A DNA stretch of 64,000 nucleotides from NCBI GenBank assembly GCA_001643675.2, contig LSRY02000020.1:1116001-1180000 (forward strand), read 5' to 3'. The notes under the pieces were generated by a model. The model did no database searches. It was not told the origin of the DNA and saw nothing but the letters and a program-made list of their open reading frames with translations. How positions within the stretch are numbered: position 1 is the stretch's first letter; each line of letters opens with the position of its first letter. Shown one piece after another: positions 13,786-25,357 of the stretch. A program made the translations under genes and the position numbers. The stretch comes from Monocercomonoides exilis PA203. Taxonomy: Eukaryota; Protista; Preaxostyla.

Positions 13786-16700
13786 ATGAATTTTATTTTT
13801 ATTCAAGCAATCTTTTTTATTTGGAACGCAAGTTCTCATTGTTCTACTATTTTGTATAATAAATTACAGCGTAATCCTGAATGCTTGAATAACGTCTGGA
13901 TGAAGAATGAACATTCACCAAGCCATTTTTTGTCAAGCGCCTTCAATTGTGAATATCACTTTGGCAATCAAAATAACGTACCACAAAAATATAATTCTCT
14001 TGCAGAAAGAGAAAGTTTTAACAACATATTTCCTTTTGTCTCTTCGAAATTCACAATTCTCAATTCTTCACTTCAGCTTTATTCTTTAAACCTTCATCTT
14101 TTACAACAGATGGTGATGATAACTCATAAGCATCATTCATCCCTTTTTATGAGTTGTTGCTCTTTGCTTTTTCAGTTTTTGTTCAACAGTTCAATTCTTT
14201 CCATGGAAAATGGATATACGGATATGAGAAACGTTACGTTTCTATCAGAGTCGAAATCACCTACTGCTCCTTCATTACTTACTCGTTCTTTTTCATTTGC
14301 TCATTCTTTTCCTTCTGGAACATTTCATTTTTCGTTTTCAACTTTATCTTCAAGCCATATTTCCCAAGCGCCATTTCTCGCTTCACCTTTCATTTCAAAT
14401 ATTGTGCTATCATCGTGCATCTTCAAGAATATAACCACTTCAAAGCATTTAACTTCAATTTTATCTTCTTGCATTCCTTGTGAGTGGACAATAAGAGGAA
14501 ATGTATTCTCATCTGTTCAGGATGTGTTTTATGGAGGAATTATCTCGTCCATTGATGATCCCATGGTTACTTATTTTCATTCAATAAACAACACTTATTT
14601 TCGTCACAGAGCTCAAAAAATGCAGAATTATACAAGCCAGCAAATCTTTGTGGAAAATCAAAACGATGTATCCTTTACTGAAGATTGCTTCAAAGACTGT
14701 TCGACGATGAACGATGTTTGCTCAGACTACAGTAGTTTTTACACGTGTGGAGGATCCATTTTTGCGCGAGATATATCGAAAACTAACGTTGCAATCTGTG
14801 AATGTGCTTTTGAGAATTGCAAAAGCGGGTGTTCTGGCGGATGTATCTATGCGTCAGGCGTCTGTGGATTGCAAATCAATAAAAGTAACGTTACTTCATG
14901 TATAGGAAAGAGTGGTAATGGTGGTGGAATTTATATTTCATGTGTTAAGAGTGTTCTCTTATCTTTTTCACAAATTAATAATTGTTCAAGTGGAAATGAA
15001 GGTGGAGGGATTTTTTTCACTTTTGATTCAACTTTATCGCTAACGTTATCTCCGCAGCGTTTCTCTTCTTTCTCCACTTCCTCAGACACGAAGTGTCCAA
15101 AGATTAGCGAGTGTTCTTTATCTCACTGTGAATCTTTGTCAAAGGGAGGGGGTCTTTCTGTTCAAAGCTCAACTGCAAGGTATCTCATTTCATCAACCTT
15201 TTTTTTCTACTGTTCTTCTAAAGACAGCACAGGGGGGGGAGCAAGTATTGAAATTCCACTCGTCATTCCAGCTGTTGGATACTATATGTGTTTTTGCTCG
15301 TTTCATCATAACGAAGCAAATACGGGGAAAGGACAGGATTTGTACGAATCTGATTTATACAAAAACTCCCCTAACAATGCTGGCTTAAGTTGGTGTTTCA
15401 GCACAGATAATTCACCACAACGTGTGCTTTGGAATGGAGGGGGAGAGCTGAAAGAAATGGGACATTTATTTGTATTAGGCATTTCAACAAGAATTGTCAG
15501 TGATGAAAGTGGCAAAGACGGTTTATTATGCGGCTCTTTAATTAAAGGAATCCAACCGTGTAAAACGATTAAGTTCGCTTTTCATTCAGCTTTAGATTGG
15601 TCCACAAAGCGCATTTATATTGAAAGTGGCGTGTATAAAGAAGAGGAATCTCTTCATTTCACAGAGCCTATATCACTAAACGGAAGTATTCTCGCTTCTC
15701 GCAAATGTTGTATTTCGACGGAAAATAGAGAAAATGTGCAACCTCTTTTTGTAGTTGAGTCTGGTAATGTAGCTTTTACTTGCATTGAATTTTCACATGC
15801 TCAAAATTCTGCCTCTCTTTTTGTTGTACCGCCAAGCTCGCAAATTCAAAGGCTTTATCTTTTTAACTGTAGCTTTACTCAACCTTCAACTTCTAAACCT
15901 CTTGAGTTTCCGATGTTTGATTTCAAATCGACTTTTGTGGTTGCTTATATGTTTTCATGTAATTTTAACTCGATCAGAACCCATGGAAGTCCACTTATTA
16001 TTTGTAGTCCTGATTATACTTCTTTCGATAATTCTTACGAATCAAAATCCTCATCTTCTAGATTAACAAACCAAGTTAATAGGTGTTTTACACTTTCGCT
16101 AGTATCGCTCGACGTATCAAATCTGAGCACAACTGGCAATTCAAGTTCATTTCTTATCGTTAAACCATTTAAATCAAAAAAAATTGTTTCATCAAGTAAT
16201 TCCACGTTTAAAAATTGTACTGCCGAATCCGAAAACGGGGGAGCGATGTTGTTATTTATTAAAGAGGAAGGGCTGTGGAAGACAGAAAATTGTACATTTC
16301 ATGAAATTTGTGCTTTATCAACAAGAAATTGGTATTCATTTGGTGGAGGCATCTACTTGGATGTTAGCGGATCAAAGAGCAATTTTAAAATTGTTCATTC
16401 TTCGTTCGAATCAAACAATGCATATTGTGGGCGGAACCTGTTTCTTTCATTTGAGAGTTTTATGAAACATAATCTTATTTCTCATTTTGATAAAGAGTTT
16501 GATAAAACTTTCGACACATACAACTCGATGATGGGAAGAAATAAAGACGATGAAAACATAGTTTCGCTTTTTAACATTATGCTTTATAAATGTGATGAAA
16601 TTTATATTAATAGTATCAAAGATTACGGTGCAGATTGGTTTTTATGCGGAAATTTCACTTATCCTTGCAAAACGATTGTCTCAGGAACGCAACATTCATC

Positions 16701-19700
16701 TTTCGAAGATGAAGTTTATATGAATTTGTGCGGAGTTTTTGACAAAATTTGCTCATTTGATTTGGATGTCTTTCAAATTACGTCTTTTTCTATTTCGTCC
16801 AATTCAGAGCACTCTTTTTCAAGTGATTCCTCAAATTCAGGATTCTTCAACAAAGTTGAAAGATCCAAATTAATATTCAAAACGGAATTAATTGCATTTG
16901 ATACATTTGTTCGTTTTGGAAAGCGATGCGACGTATCAAACGTAGATTTCGATTTCTCTACCTCGGAGGACATCAATCACGTGAGCAAACCATTTCATAA
17001 CCAAAACGATTATTCTTCTTTAAAAGCAATTTTTGTGTCAAATGAGAAGTCTTCTAATGATCAGGACTGCTATTTCAATCTTGATGGTTCAGAAATAACA
17101 TTTAAGTCGAAAGCGGAACCTTTTAAATCAGATTTTATCTTCTTAATTCTTTACTCAGGAAAAGTCTCGTTAACAACTGTTACAGTTCAAACTCATCAAG
17201 CCTCAAAAAATCATGCGGGCCAAAATTATGCAATCTTTCTTCATCCTTTTATGCTTTGCAATTCTGATGTTTTTGAACTATTTATTGCTGAGGTGGCAGT
17301 TTCAGATTTAACTTTTGATTGTGGATCGTTTATTCAAATGAATCCTTTGACAGAGCATTTTAATTCCTCTCAAAAAACACATTTAGAAGAGTCAACTGAA
17401 GTTGATCCAACAAATCAATCGTTGCCTTTAGAAAATTATAGCGGACCTTCCAAAAATCAATATAAATATTTTCCTTCAAAGTTCAACTCATTCAACTTTG
17501 TAATGATGCATCATTGTAGTTTTCTCAATATTCATTCAACAAGTTCGAGCCCATCGTATTTTCTTGGATATTATATTCAGCATTCGTTCGAATTTAAGAA
17601 TTCAACATGGAAAAATTGTACTGCCCCAAACTCAATGAAAGGCGGAATATTTTGTGTGAGAAAGCATTTAAATGAAGATAATTCTCGGCAGCTCTCTGCT
17701 ATTCCAACACATGAAAATGATTTTGAGATCCTCATGAACTGCTCATTCCGAGATTGTGCTTGCAACGCATCAAGTGAAGGCAAAGGAGGAGTAATATTCT
17801 ATGAAGATTATTCAACAAGTCTTGGAATTAACATATTGGTTGATAATCTTATCAACAATTCTGCAGCTATTGCTCGAGATATGTTCTTTTTTTTCAATAG
17901 TATGTGTAAAGTTACCCTTTTTTTAAAAAAAGGGACAGAAAATTTTGATGGGTATAACGAAGATAATTCAATCATTGGAAAGGATTTGTATGAAGAGGAG
18001 TTAGTCAATCTATTTGTATTGTGCTATAATCGTAAGGTTCAATTATATGTTAAGAATTACAATTCGAGCGATAAAGGACAAGATTGGTTCAACTGTGGAT
18101 CAATCAATATTCCTTGCGAAACATTTGATTATTGTCTCAAACATAAAGATCTATCTCAATCTGTAAGTGTAATATTCATTTATGGTAATGTTTTTATGAA
18201 CAGTGCAGTGAATATTTCCAATTGGAACATAAAATCAGGAGAATTATGTTATCATTCTATGTTGTCAATCAGCGAAAAGATAGCTACTACATTAAATGGA
18301 GCTTTATTTGAAAATGATGATTCCTTAACATGTGATTACATATATTTTAAAATTCCACGGAAGTTTTTGTGTGATCCACGAACAATTTTTTCCTCAATTG
18401 GATCATTAGTCACGATTTATAGTTGTGTGTTTGATTTTGAGCCTGGAGAAGAAATGAAAAATAAAGCTGGAAGTTTTAGTTTCTCATTATTTCAAGTGAC
18501 TAAAGGATACCTGAGTTTGAAGAACAGTGTTCTTGGAAGTGATACGAACATCATATTTTCACATTCACTGCTAGAATGTTTGGATCAGCTTACGCTCATA
18601 AATATTTCTTCATGCATTTTTTCAAACATCACATTTACAGATGGTTCGTTATTGACGTTTTTTAAAGACGTTTATAACAATGCTGGTAATTGCAAAGCAC
18701 TTTCTACTGGAAGAGACAATGGAAATAAGTGCATTTTTGTTGTTTGGAAATCAAATTTCTCATTCATTCAGTCTCTTTCAGAATCATCAAGTGTGATCTT
18801 CTCTCCTATCCGTAGTTACGTTACTTTAATTATTAAATCTTGTCAATTCGCGAATTGTAGCGCGCCTCAATCAGAAAAAGGAGGCTGTATCAACTTGCAT
18901 TTTACTGCAACTTCATCTATTAATATTTCTTCAACGAATTTTTCCTCTTGCTCATCGGCTGTTGACCATAAAAACGAGTTATTAGAATCGCATGCTTCCC
19001 AGAGAAAATATTTACTTCAGGAATCAGAAAATTCATTTGTTGAGCATAAAGATTTTTCCAATAGCGCATTTTCCATATTTGGGGGTCAGAAAGAATTTCA
19101 AAGGAATAAAGAAGTTAAAGGGCATGGAGGAGCAATGTATCTGGACTTTAATGATTCTTCTTCTCAAACTTTTGCCAATGCAAAACGAATGAATATTTAC
19201 ATTTTTGCATTTTATAACGATAACGATGCAAGCATTGGACGTGATATATTTTTTGTGGTGGAAGATTTCAAAACCCAAATTATGGCTGAGCAATTAATTG
19301 TTAAATATGATTATAACATTTGGAACTTATCAAACTCAATATATGGCATTGATTTCGATCAAAAAGAAACAGATTTAATTCCGCTTGTTAATTATTATCG
19401 CTCAACTGAAATTTACATAAATGAAAATGGGATTGATGCACCGTTGTGTGGAAGTATTGTAAATCCCTGTTTTACACTTTGCACTTTTAAATCACATCTA
19501 TTTCTATCGGAATTCCAAAAGGTTATGGTGAAAGGATTTGTTCCCATTGGAGAAAGTTTTTATGCTGAATCAATTTCTTTTATGACTTATGGAAAGATTA
19601 AGCGGGCTGCAATTGTTTTGGGAGCCGATACAAATCTTAAAGAAAGCAGCGTAATAAAATGCAATAATGTGTTTTTTTCACACTTTCAATTTAGGATTCA

Positions 19701-22700
19701 TCAAGACAAAGCGAATGAATTCGACTGCATTTTTGAAACTTTTGGTACTTGCACATTCTTGAATATCGCTTTTAACGGAACAAAAGAAGTGCTTGTTGAT
19801 TACTCGTTTATTTCAAGTACTGATGGATCAATCGTTTTTTCTGGCTGTTTCGTTGTGAATTGGTTTTCACAACAGTCGTTCATTAGCATTGAGGGTGCGT
19901 CTTTAAGAATAACTGATCTTGTGGCGAAAAATGTCACATTGACAAAAAGTCCTTTCGTTTCTCTTCAAAAAAAAAGCCCATTTACCTATAACTGTGAGCA
20001 GCATTCAAGCGGACAACTCATAAATCAAAATATCGACTATAACGTATTTATTGATAATTGCACTTTTCTTATGATGAGTGCAGATAATTCTACCAAATCG
20101 GATTGCTGCTTCCCTGTAATTCTATCTGTTGGAAATGAAAAATCTCCATATAATGGTGTATACACAAATGATGATCCATTTTGCACAGTTGTATTTAATC
20201 GAACTCTTATTAATTCTTCAACGTCTACTTCAACAAAAACTGGTGGTGCTTCTCTATTCACTTTCACAAATTCACAGGATTCTGTTTCGGTTCTCATGTG
20301 CACATTCGAAAAGTGCTGTGCTCCTGATGGATTTGGAGGAGCCATTGGAATTAATATTAGTCATCCTTATGATATTCAGCTTGAATTCAATAATGACTTG
20401 TTTTATAATAATTGCGCTCGATGCGGAAAAGATATATTCATTTATTTTGAGGATCTCGACAGACAGGTCAAACAAATAAATGTTCAGCTTCATCTTTCTC
20501 CTCCTTATTTTGTAGAGGAAAACTCAATAATGGGAACTGACAGAACGAGAAACGATCCTATTCTTTTAATTCCATTTTTTAAGCATCAAGAATATGATAA
20601 TGTTGTTGTGAGCAAAGATGGAAATGATGATGAATGCTTAAAAAGGAGTACTCCGTGCTCTACCATTAATGTTGCACTCAATGTTTTAGCAAAAACTGCT
20701 CACTCTCATATTCTGGTGAAGTTTGGCGTTGTTACGAAGCAAGCTTTCGTTTCTGATTGCACATTTTCACCAGTTATCCAGCAAATGAATTATCCTCCAC
20801 ATTCACACCTCTCCTCCGAAAATGCAATCCGATTTTTTGGTTGCACAATAAAACCTAATGAAATGAGTAGCTTCACGAAAGAAAAAATAGATGAACTGTC
20901 AAGAAATTATCAATCAATGTATTCTGACTTAAAAGAAGAACCAGAACCAGAATTTACTCCAATAATTTCCTTTGATCCATCTGAAGAAGCAATGATGCAA
21001 AATGAAACTCTATTACTTTTGAACAACACTGTTAAGTTTTTTGGTATAGCATTTCAATCTTTACTCGGAACTATTACTGAAGGAAATATGAAAACATTAA
21101 TTACTGTGTTGAAAGGCTTTTGCACATTTCATAGTTGCTCAGTTACAATTGAGAATGAAGGCCAGACATTTACACCAACATTTCTTGAAGCCTTAAGTGG
21201 AAGTGTTACGTTTAATGGTTTTGAGCTGCGCAATAATGTAGTTTCTTCAAATCAGTTTTTTTTATTTATTGATGGAGAAGTATCTATCAATCACTTGAAA
21301 GTGGAGAATATTACTTTTCAGAAGCATTTGTTGCGTGCCTATCCAACAGCCAGTGTAACTCTATTGAACACTCAGCTCAATTCCATTTCGATTATAGATT
21401 CATCATTAATCAATCTTGAGCATGGTCCTTACTCAGTTATAGGATATTTTAATGTATTTGATTCAAACATTTCGTCGGTGGTCACATATTCAACAAATTC
21501 CGTATTTTTTCGGGATTCTTCTTCTCTTGTACAAATTTCATTTTTAAACTGCTCTTTCGAAAATAATAAGGCGGAAATAAACGAATATGGTGGCTTGATG
21601 AGCGTCTCGATTCCTTCCAATGGTGCATTTTTTTTGACAAGTTGTTCGATCAATGGCTCACTTGCAAATTATTCATTCGGAAAAGGGGGAGGAATTTATA
21701 TCCTTATCGGTGGAGAAGAATTTCAACAAATTTCTGAGGAAAAATATGACGTTGATGATACTTATGCCAATAATGGGGAAAATGGTCTTACCCCATCAAT
21801 AAAATCTAAAAAAAAAGCTGGTTATTATTTCCTTTATGATGTTGATTTTCAGCGCAACCACGCAAAATATGGATTCGATATATTTATTAATTGTAGCAAT
21901 TTTGAGAACCAAGTATCATATAGGCAATTTCAAATTAATTTTTTGGCAACTTTGAAAGATACTGAACACTCGGTCGAGGGTTGTCAAAAAGGCAGTGATG
22001 AAATCGTTTCATTATATCAGATAATCCACAGATTTTTAGATGGACGAATTTATGTAAATGATGAGGGCACAGATGACAAGGAATGCGGAAATCAAACGAA
22101 TAAATGTCAGAGTTTAAATGCTGCAGTTACTCATCTTATTCCAGGAATAACAACTGGAGAGATTTCCGTGTGTGGCACTGCTTTATTGACTAATTCTCTT
22201 GATATTTCAAACTCTAAGATAATATCATATTATTACCCTCAGGTTGGTATTCTCAATGCGAGAGCATCAACTGAATTTTATAATGATTCTATTCTTGCAA
22301 CCTTCGATATAATGGAATTTTCGAACATAGCGTTCCATATTTCTGAACCTGAGGCTTTTTATGGAAAAACACTTTTAATGACATATGGGAAAATGTTAAA
22401 TGTAACCTCTTGTCAATTATCAATCAGTTCCTCTTATTCTTCACCTGTTGGTTTTGCAGTATTTTTTATTGCGAAGGGAAAAGTTTTCATCACAAAATTC
22501 AATCTTCAGGAAATTGCATTCAAATCTATTCCATTTATGTTTGGTCAAGCGGATATTGAAATTGATCAACTCAATGTGTCATCAGTTTCAGTTAGTAACT
22601 CGAGTCTTTTTAACATTTACAAACTCCCATCTAACTTAAATATTGGATCTATTATTCTTAGCAATAGTTTTCTATCAAATGTTACTTCGCTGGTAGATGC

Positions 22701-24354
22701 TCCAAGCATACTATCAGCATTTTCATCGGGAACAGATATTATAATGAGAAATGTAACTGTGGTCGATTGTGATCAAATGATCCGGAGCGGATCTATGATT
22801 GAAATTTGTTCTGATAATGTTCTTACAATTACAGATTGCAAATTTATTGGATCTTGTTATATCCCTTCTTCGAACATCTTCTTCGGAATTACAAACTTCA
22901 ATAGAGATCAATTAATCGATTCAACTGAAAATCATTTTCCAATAAAAGGAAAATACAAAAATGATGAAGGCCATCATAAAGCGATGTTGCCAACTGACTT
23001 TGTGGAAAAGAACACTGAATCCGAGCCATTTGTTCATCCAATGTGTTTCATTTCTTCGTCTCTTATTTCATCTGTCAATTCAACGTTTGTGTTGAATAAC
23101 ACACTGATCGCCAACTCCTCTTGTGGTGGTATTTCGATTGAAAGTTCGACTCTTTCGATAACAAATTGCTCATTTTCTTCAAATTATGTAGGCGGTTCGG
23201 TTTTACCGCAGTTGAGGCAGAATATTCGTTGTGACAATGGTGGAAATGTTATTATAAATAGCTTGGATTCTGGTGATGGAACTTTAAATCCTGTCAAGCA
23301 AGATATCGCCTCTTCTTTATCATTGTGGTTTTTTAACAATAATTGTTCAGTGAATGGTGATTGGGCCAATCATCATTCATCAACATATTTTATTCCAACT
23401 ATTACCAATGCTTCTTGTACAGAATCTTCATTGACGGAAATTCAATCAACTCGCTTTATTCCTTCAGCAGCTACTAGCCAATTGGAAGTTGTTGTGCACG
23501 GAACTGACTTTGTTCCGTGTGGATTAAGTGCTGTATTGAGATGCGGAGATGATTTGCCCGAGAAATGGGTAAATGTGACTATTCGTATGGTCAACTCGAG
23601 TTCTTTGCTAAGCTTCTCGATTGATTCCTCGATGCTTAAACGTTTGCTGCCAAATTCTCAAAATGAACAATCGTCAAAGTTTAACAAAATTCAAAACATA
23701 TCGATTGCTCTTATCTATATTTCTTCGTCAATTGTTCAGTCAATGTTACCTAATTCAGCTCTTTCGGCCAATGGTGCTGCTTCTGATATGTCTTCTTTTT
23801 ATTCCATTACTCCATTTGTTCCATTAATTTCATTTATCAAAACGCCTGTTGCTTGGCGCTTAATAGTCATCATCGTTGCACCATCCGTTTTATTGGTTGC
23901 CATTGTTATTTTTGTTGTGATATGCCTCGTTAGGAGGCATAAAAAAAATACAGATTTTGTCCAACAAGTGACATTGGGACCTGATGGACTGTTCAAAGTG
24001 TTTGAGGCTCAAAGAAAGGATGTTGATTCCAAGAAAAAATCATCAAAGGAAATTGAGGAAAAAGAAAGTGTTTTTCCGTCTTTTGAGGATCTAACAAGTC
24101 AGAAATCGATCTGGTCAACACAAACATCTGAATCAGAAGTTTCAATAAAAAAGCATCTTCGTACAACTAACAAAAAACACAGAAATCTGAGAAAAGAAAG
24201 AAGAAATTTTTCAGATGAATCGGATTCTGAGACAGAAATAAATGAAGCTGAAATCAAATGGATCCCAAGCACCGAGGTGATTGAAGACATGAGTGATGCG
24301 TGTTGTACTGATTCTGAAACATATCCTTTGTTAAAAAGCAGCCCTTTGCAATAA
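13786..24354 (+). CDS. Giant intronless type-I membrane/surface protein (~3,520 aa) with pectin-lyase-like beta-helix (Pmp-like GGA[I/L/M], FxxN) repeats
   Basis: Single long ORF with a probable signal peptide (MNFIFIQAIFFIWNASSHC). It has repeated FxxC...GG(A/G)(I/M)Y and six CG-x-PC-(T/S)-type modules, one TM helix (LIVIIVAPSVLLVAIVIFVVICLV) followed by RRHKK, and a charged cytoplasmic tail. Confidence 0.85.
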   Translation: MNFIFIQAIFFIWNASSHCSTILYNKLQRNPECLNNVWMKNEHSPSHFLSSAFNCEYHFGNQNNVPQKYNSLAERESFNNIFPFVSSKFTILNSSLQLYSLNLHLLQQMVMITHKHHSSLFMSCCSLLFQFLFNSSILSMENGYTDMRNVTFLSESKSPTAPSLLTRSFSFAHSFPSGTFHFSFSTLSSSHISQAPFLASPFISNIVLSSCIFKNITTSKHLTSILSSCIPCEWTIRGNVFSSVQDVFYGGIISSIDDPMVTYFHSINNTYFRHRAQKMQNYTSQQIFVENQNDVSFTEDCFKDCSTMNDVCSDYSSFYTCGGSIFARDISKTNVAICECAFENCKSGCSGGCIYASGVCGLQINKSNVTSCIGKSGNGGGIYISCVKSVLLSFSQINNCSSGNEGGGIFFTFDSTLSLTLSPQRFSSFSTSSDTKCPKISECSLSHCESLSKGGGLSVQSSTARYLISSTFFFYCSSKDSTGGGASIEIPLVIPAVGYYMCFCSFHHNEANTGKGQDLYESDLYKNSPNNAGLSWCFSTDNSPQRVLWNGGGELKEMGHLFVLGISTRIVSDESGKDGLLCGSLIKGIQPCKTIKFAFHSALDWSTKRIYIESGVYKEEESLHFTEPISLNGSILASRKCCISTENRENVQPLFVVESGNVAFTCIEFSHAQNSASLFVVPPSSQIQRLYLFNCSFTQPSTSKPLEFPMFDFKSTFVVAYMFSCNFNSIRTHGSPLIICSPDYTSFDNSYESKSSSSRLTNQVNRCFTLSLVSLDVSNLSTTGNSSSFLIVKPFKSKKIVSSSNSTFKNCTAESENGGAMLLFIKEEGLWKTENCTFHEICALSTRNWYSFGGGIYLDVSGSKSNFKIVHSSFESNNAYCGRNLFLSFESFMKHNLISHFDKEFDKTFDTYNSMMGRNKDDENIVSLFNIMLYKCDEIYINSIKDYGADWFLCGNFTYPCKTIVSGTQHSSFEDEVYMNLCGVFDKICSFDLDVFQITSFSISSNSEHSFSSDSSNSGFFNKVERSKLIFKTELIAFDTFVRFGKRCDVSNVDFDFSTSEDINHVSKPFHNQNDYSSLKAIFVSNEKSSNDQDCYFNLDGSEITFKSKAEPFKSDFIFLILYSGKVSLTTVTVQTHQASKNHAGQNYAIFLHPFMLCNSDVFELFIAEVAVSDLTFDCGSFIQMNPLTEHFNSSQKTHLEESTEVDPTNQSLPLENYSGPSKNQYKYFPSKFNSFNFVMMHHCSFLNIHSTSSSPSYFLGYYIQHSFEFKNSTWKNCTAPNSMKGGIFCVRKHLNEDNSRQLSAIPTHENDFEILMNCSFRDCACNASSEGKGGVIFYEDYSTSLGINILVDNLINNSAAIARDMFFFFNSMCKVTLFLKKGTENFDGYNEDNSIIGKDLYEEELVNLFVLCYNRKVQLYVKNYNSSDKGQDWFNCGSINIPCETFDYCLKHKDLSQSVSVIFIYGNVFMNSAVNISNWNIKSGELCYHSMLSISEKIATTLNGALFENDDSLTCDYIYFKIPRKFLCDPRTIFSSIGSLVTIYSCVFDFEPGEEMKNKAGSFSFSLFQVTKGYLSLKNSVLGSDTNIIFSHSLLECLDQLTLINISSCIFSNITFTDGSLLTFFKDVYNNAGNCKALSTGRDNGNKCIFVVWKSNFSFIQSLSESSSVIFSPIRSYVTLIIKSCQFANCSAPQSEKGGCINLHFTATSSINISSTNFSSCSSAVDHKNELLESHASQRKYLLQESENSFVEHKDFSNSAFSIFGGQKEFQRNKEVKGHGGAMYLDFNDSSSQTFANAKRMNIYIFAFYNDNDASIGRDIFFVVEDFKTQIMAEQLIVKYDYNIWNLSNSIYGIDFDQKETDLIPLVNYYRSTEIYINENGIDAPLCGSIVNPCFTLCTFKSHLFLSEFQKVMVKGFVPIGESFYAESISFMTYGKIKRAAIVLGADTNLKESSVIKCNNVFFSHFQFRIHQDKANEFDCIFETFGTCTFLNIAFNGTKEVLVDYSFISSTDGSIVFSGCFVVNWFSQQSFISIEGASLRITDLVAKNVTLTKSPFVSLQKKSPFTYNCEQHSSGQLINQNIDYNVFIDNCTFLMMSADNSTKSDCCFPVILSVGNEKSPYNGVYTNDDPFCTVVFNRTLINSSTSTSTKTGGASLFTFTNSQDSVSVLMCTFEKCCAPDGFGGAIGINISHPYDIQLEFNNDLFYNNCARCGKDIFIYFEDLDRQVKQINVQLHLSPPYFVEENSIMGTDRTRNDPILLIPFFKHQEYDNVVVSKDGNDDECLKRSTPCSTINVALNVLAKTAHSHILVKFGVVTKQAFVSDCTFSPVIQQMNYPPHSHLSSENAIRFFGCTIKPNEMSSFTKEKIDELSRNYQSMYSDLKEEPEPEFTPIISFDPSEEAMMQNETLLLLNNTVKFFGIAFQSLLGTITEGNMKTLITVLKGFCTFHSCSVTIENEGQTFTPTFLEALSGSVTFNGFELRNNVVSSNQFFLFIDGEVSINHLKVENITFQKHLLRAYPTASVTLLNTQLNSISIIDSSLINLEHGPYSVIGYFNVFDSNISSVVTYSTNSVFFRDSSSLVQISFLNCSFENNKAEINEYGGLMSVSIPSNGAFFLTSCSINGSLANYSFGKGGGIYILIGGEEFQQISEEKYDVDDTYANNGENGLTPSIKSKKKAGYYFLYDVDFQRNHAKYGFDIFINCSNFENQVSYRQFQINFLATLKDTEHSVEGCQKGSDEIVSLYQIIHRFLDGRIYVNDEGTDDKECGNQTNKCQSLNAAVTHLIPGITTGEISVCGTALLTNSLDISNSKIISYYYPQVGILNARASTEFYNDSILATFDIMEFSNIAFHISEPEAFYGKTLLMTYGKMLNVTSCQLSISSSYSSPVGFAVFFIAKGKVFITKFNLQEIAFKSIPFMFGQADIEIDQLNVSSVSVSNSSLFNIYKLPSNLNIGSIILSNSFLSNVTSLVDAPSILSAFSSGTDIIMRNVTVVDCDQMIRSGSMIEICSDNVLTITDCKFIGSCYIPSSNIFFGITNFNRDQLIDSTENHFPIKGKYKNDEGHHKAMLPTDFVEKNTESEPFVHPMCFISSSLISSVNSTFVLNNTLIANSSCGGISIESSTLSITNCSFSSNYVGGSVLPQLRQNIRCDNGGNVIINSLDSGDGTLNPVKQDIASSLSLWFFNNNCSVNGDWANHHSSTYFIPTITNASCTESSLTEIQSTRFIPSAATSQLEVVVHGTDFVPCGLSAVLRCGDDLPEKWVNVTIRMVNSSSLLSFSIDSSMLKRLLPNSQNEQSSKFNKIQNISIALIYISSSIVQSMLPNSALSANGAASDMSSFYSITPFVPLISFIKTPVAWRLIVIIVAPSVLLVAIVIFVVICLVRRHKKNTDFVQQVTLGPDGLFKVFEAQRKDVDSKKKSSKEIEEKESVFPSFEDLTSQKSIWSTQTSESEVSIKKHLRTTNKKHRNLRKERRNFSDESDSETEINEAEIKWIPSTEVIEDMSDACCTDSETYPLLKSSPLQ

Positions 24355-24669
24355 TGATGTAATCATTATTAACTATTTTATATTTTTTGTTCAATTCACT
24401 GTTTCATAATTGTGAATTTTTATATATTGCATTTTGTATGTGAAATTTTCTTGTGTACATCAAAGTTTTATTGACAACTTCTTACAACTCTTTTGATGAG
24501 TGGTTGTTAATTTTTAATGAGGTTGTTTAAAAGCGTCTTTTATATTTTTTTTATTCATCAAATAATCAATTTATATTTAAGGATATTTTCTTTCTATCAA
24601 CAAAAATATCATCTATTAAACAAAAAATGAAGTTATTAATAACCTTCAACTTTTTTCACCTTATAAATG

Positions 24670-25357
24670 CCATCTTTCTGAAACCAGAGAGTTTTTTTAA
24701 AACCTGAACTTTTTTAAAATTAGCATTTCTCGAAGGGTTTCAAAAATTAAATAATAATAATTCACACATTCGTTCATCAGTTCAGAACACATCAAACCAC
24801 ATAGAAATTTTTATTTGTTGTGCAGTATTAATGAAGAAATAAATAATTTTTATTTTTAAAAATTAGACTTTCGATGAATTTTTTAATTTTAAAAAATTCG
24901 ATTCAGTTCATCTTTAACACGTATGACTTATTTTTTTTCTTGTCAAAAACTGTTCTCGTTATTTTTCATTTTCAGCAATTTGTTCTTTCAGTTGAAATGG
25001 AAAACTATCATTTTTGAAAAACTATTGTTAACTAGATAACTCAAAAATACTTATTTTCTAAACTCATGAGCATCTAAGTGAATTTAACACATGCAATAAT
25101 AAGTTATATGCACAAAAGATGAACTGAATCGTTTTTTTAAATTAAAAAATTCATCGAAAGTCTAATTTTTAAAAATAAAAATTATTTATTTCTTCATTAA
25201 TACTGCACAACAAATAAAAATTTCTATGTGGTTTGATGTGTTCTAAACTGATGAACGAATGTGTGAATTATTATTATTTAATTTTTGAAACCCTTCGAGA
25301 AATGCTAATTTTAAAAAAGTTCAGGTTTAGAAAAAAATTCCCCAACTTCAGAAAGAC

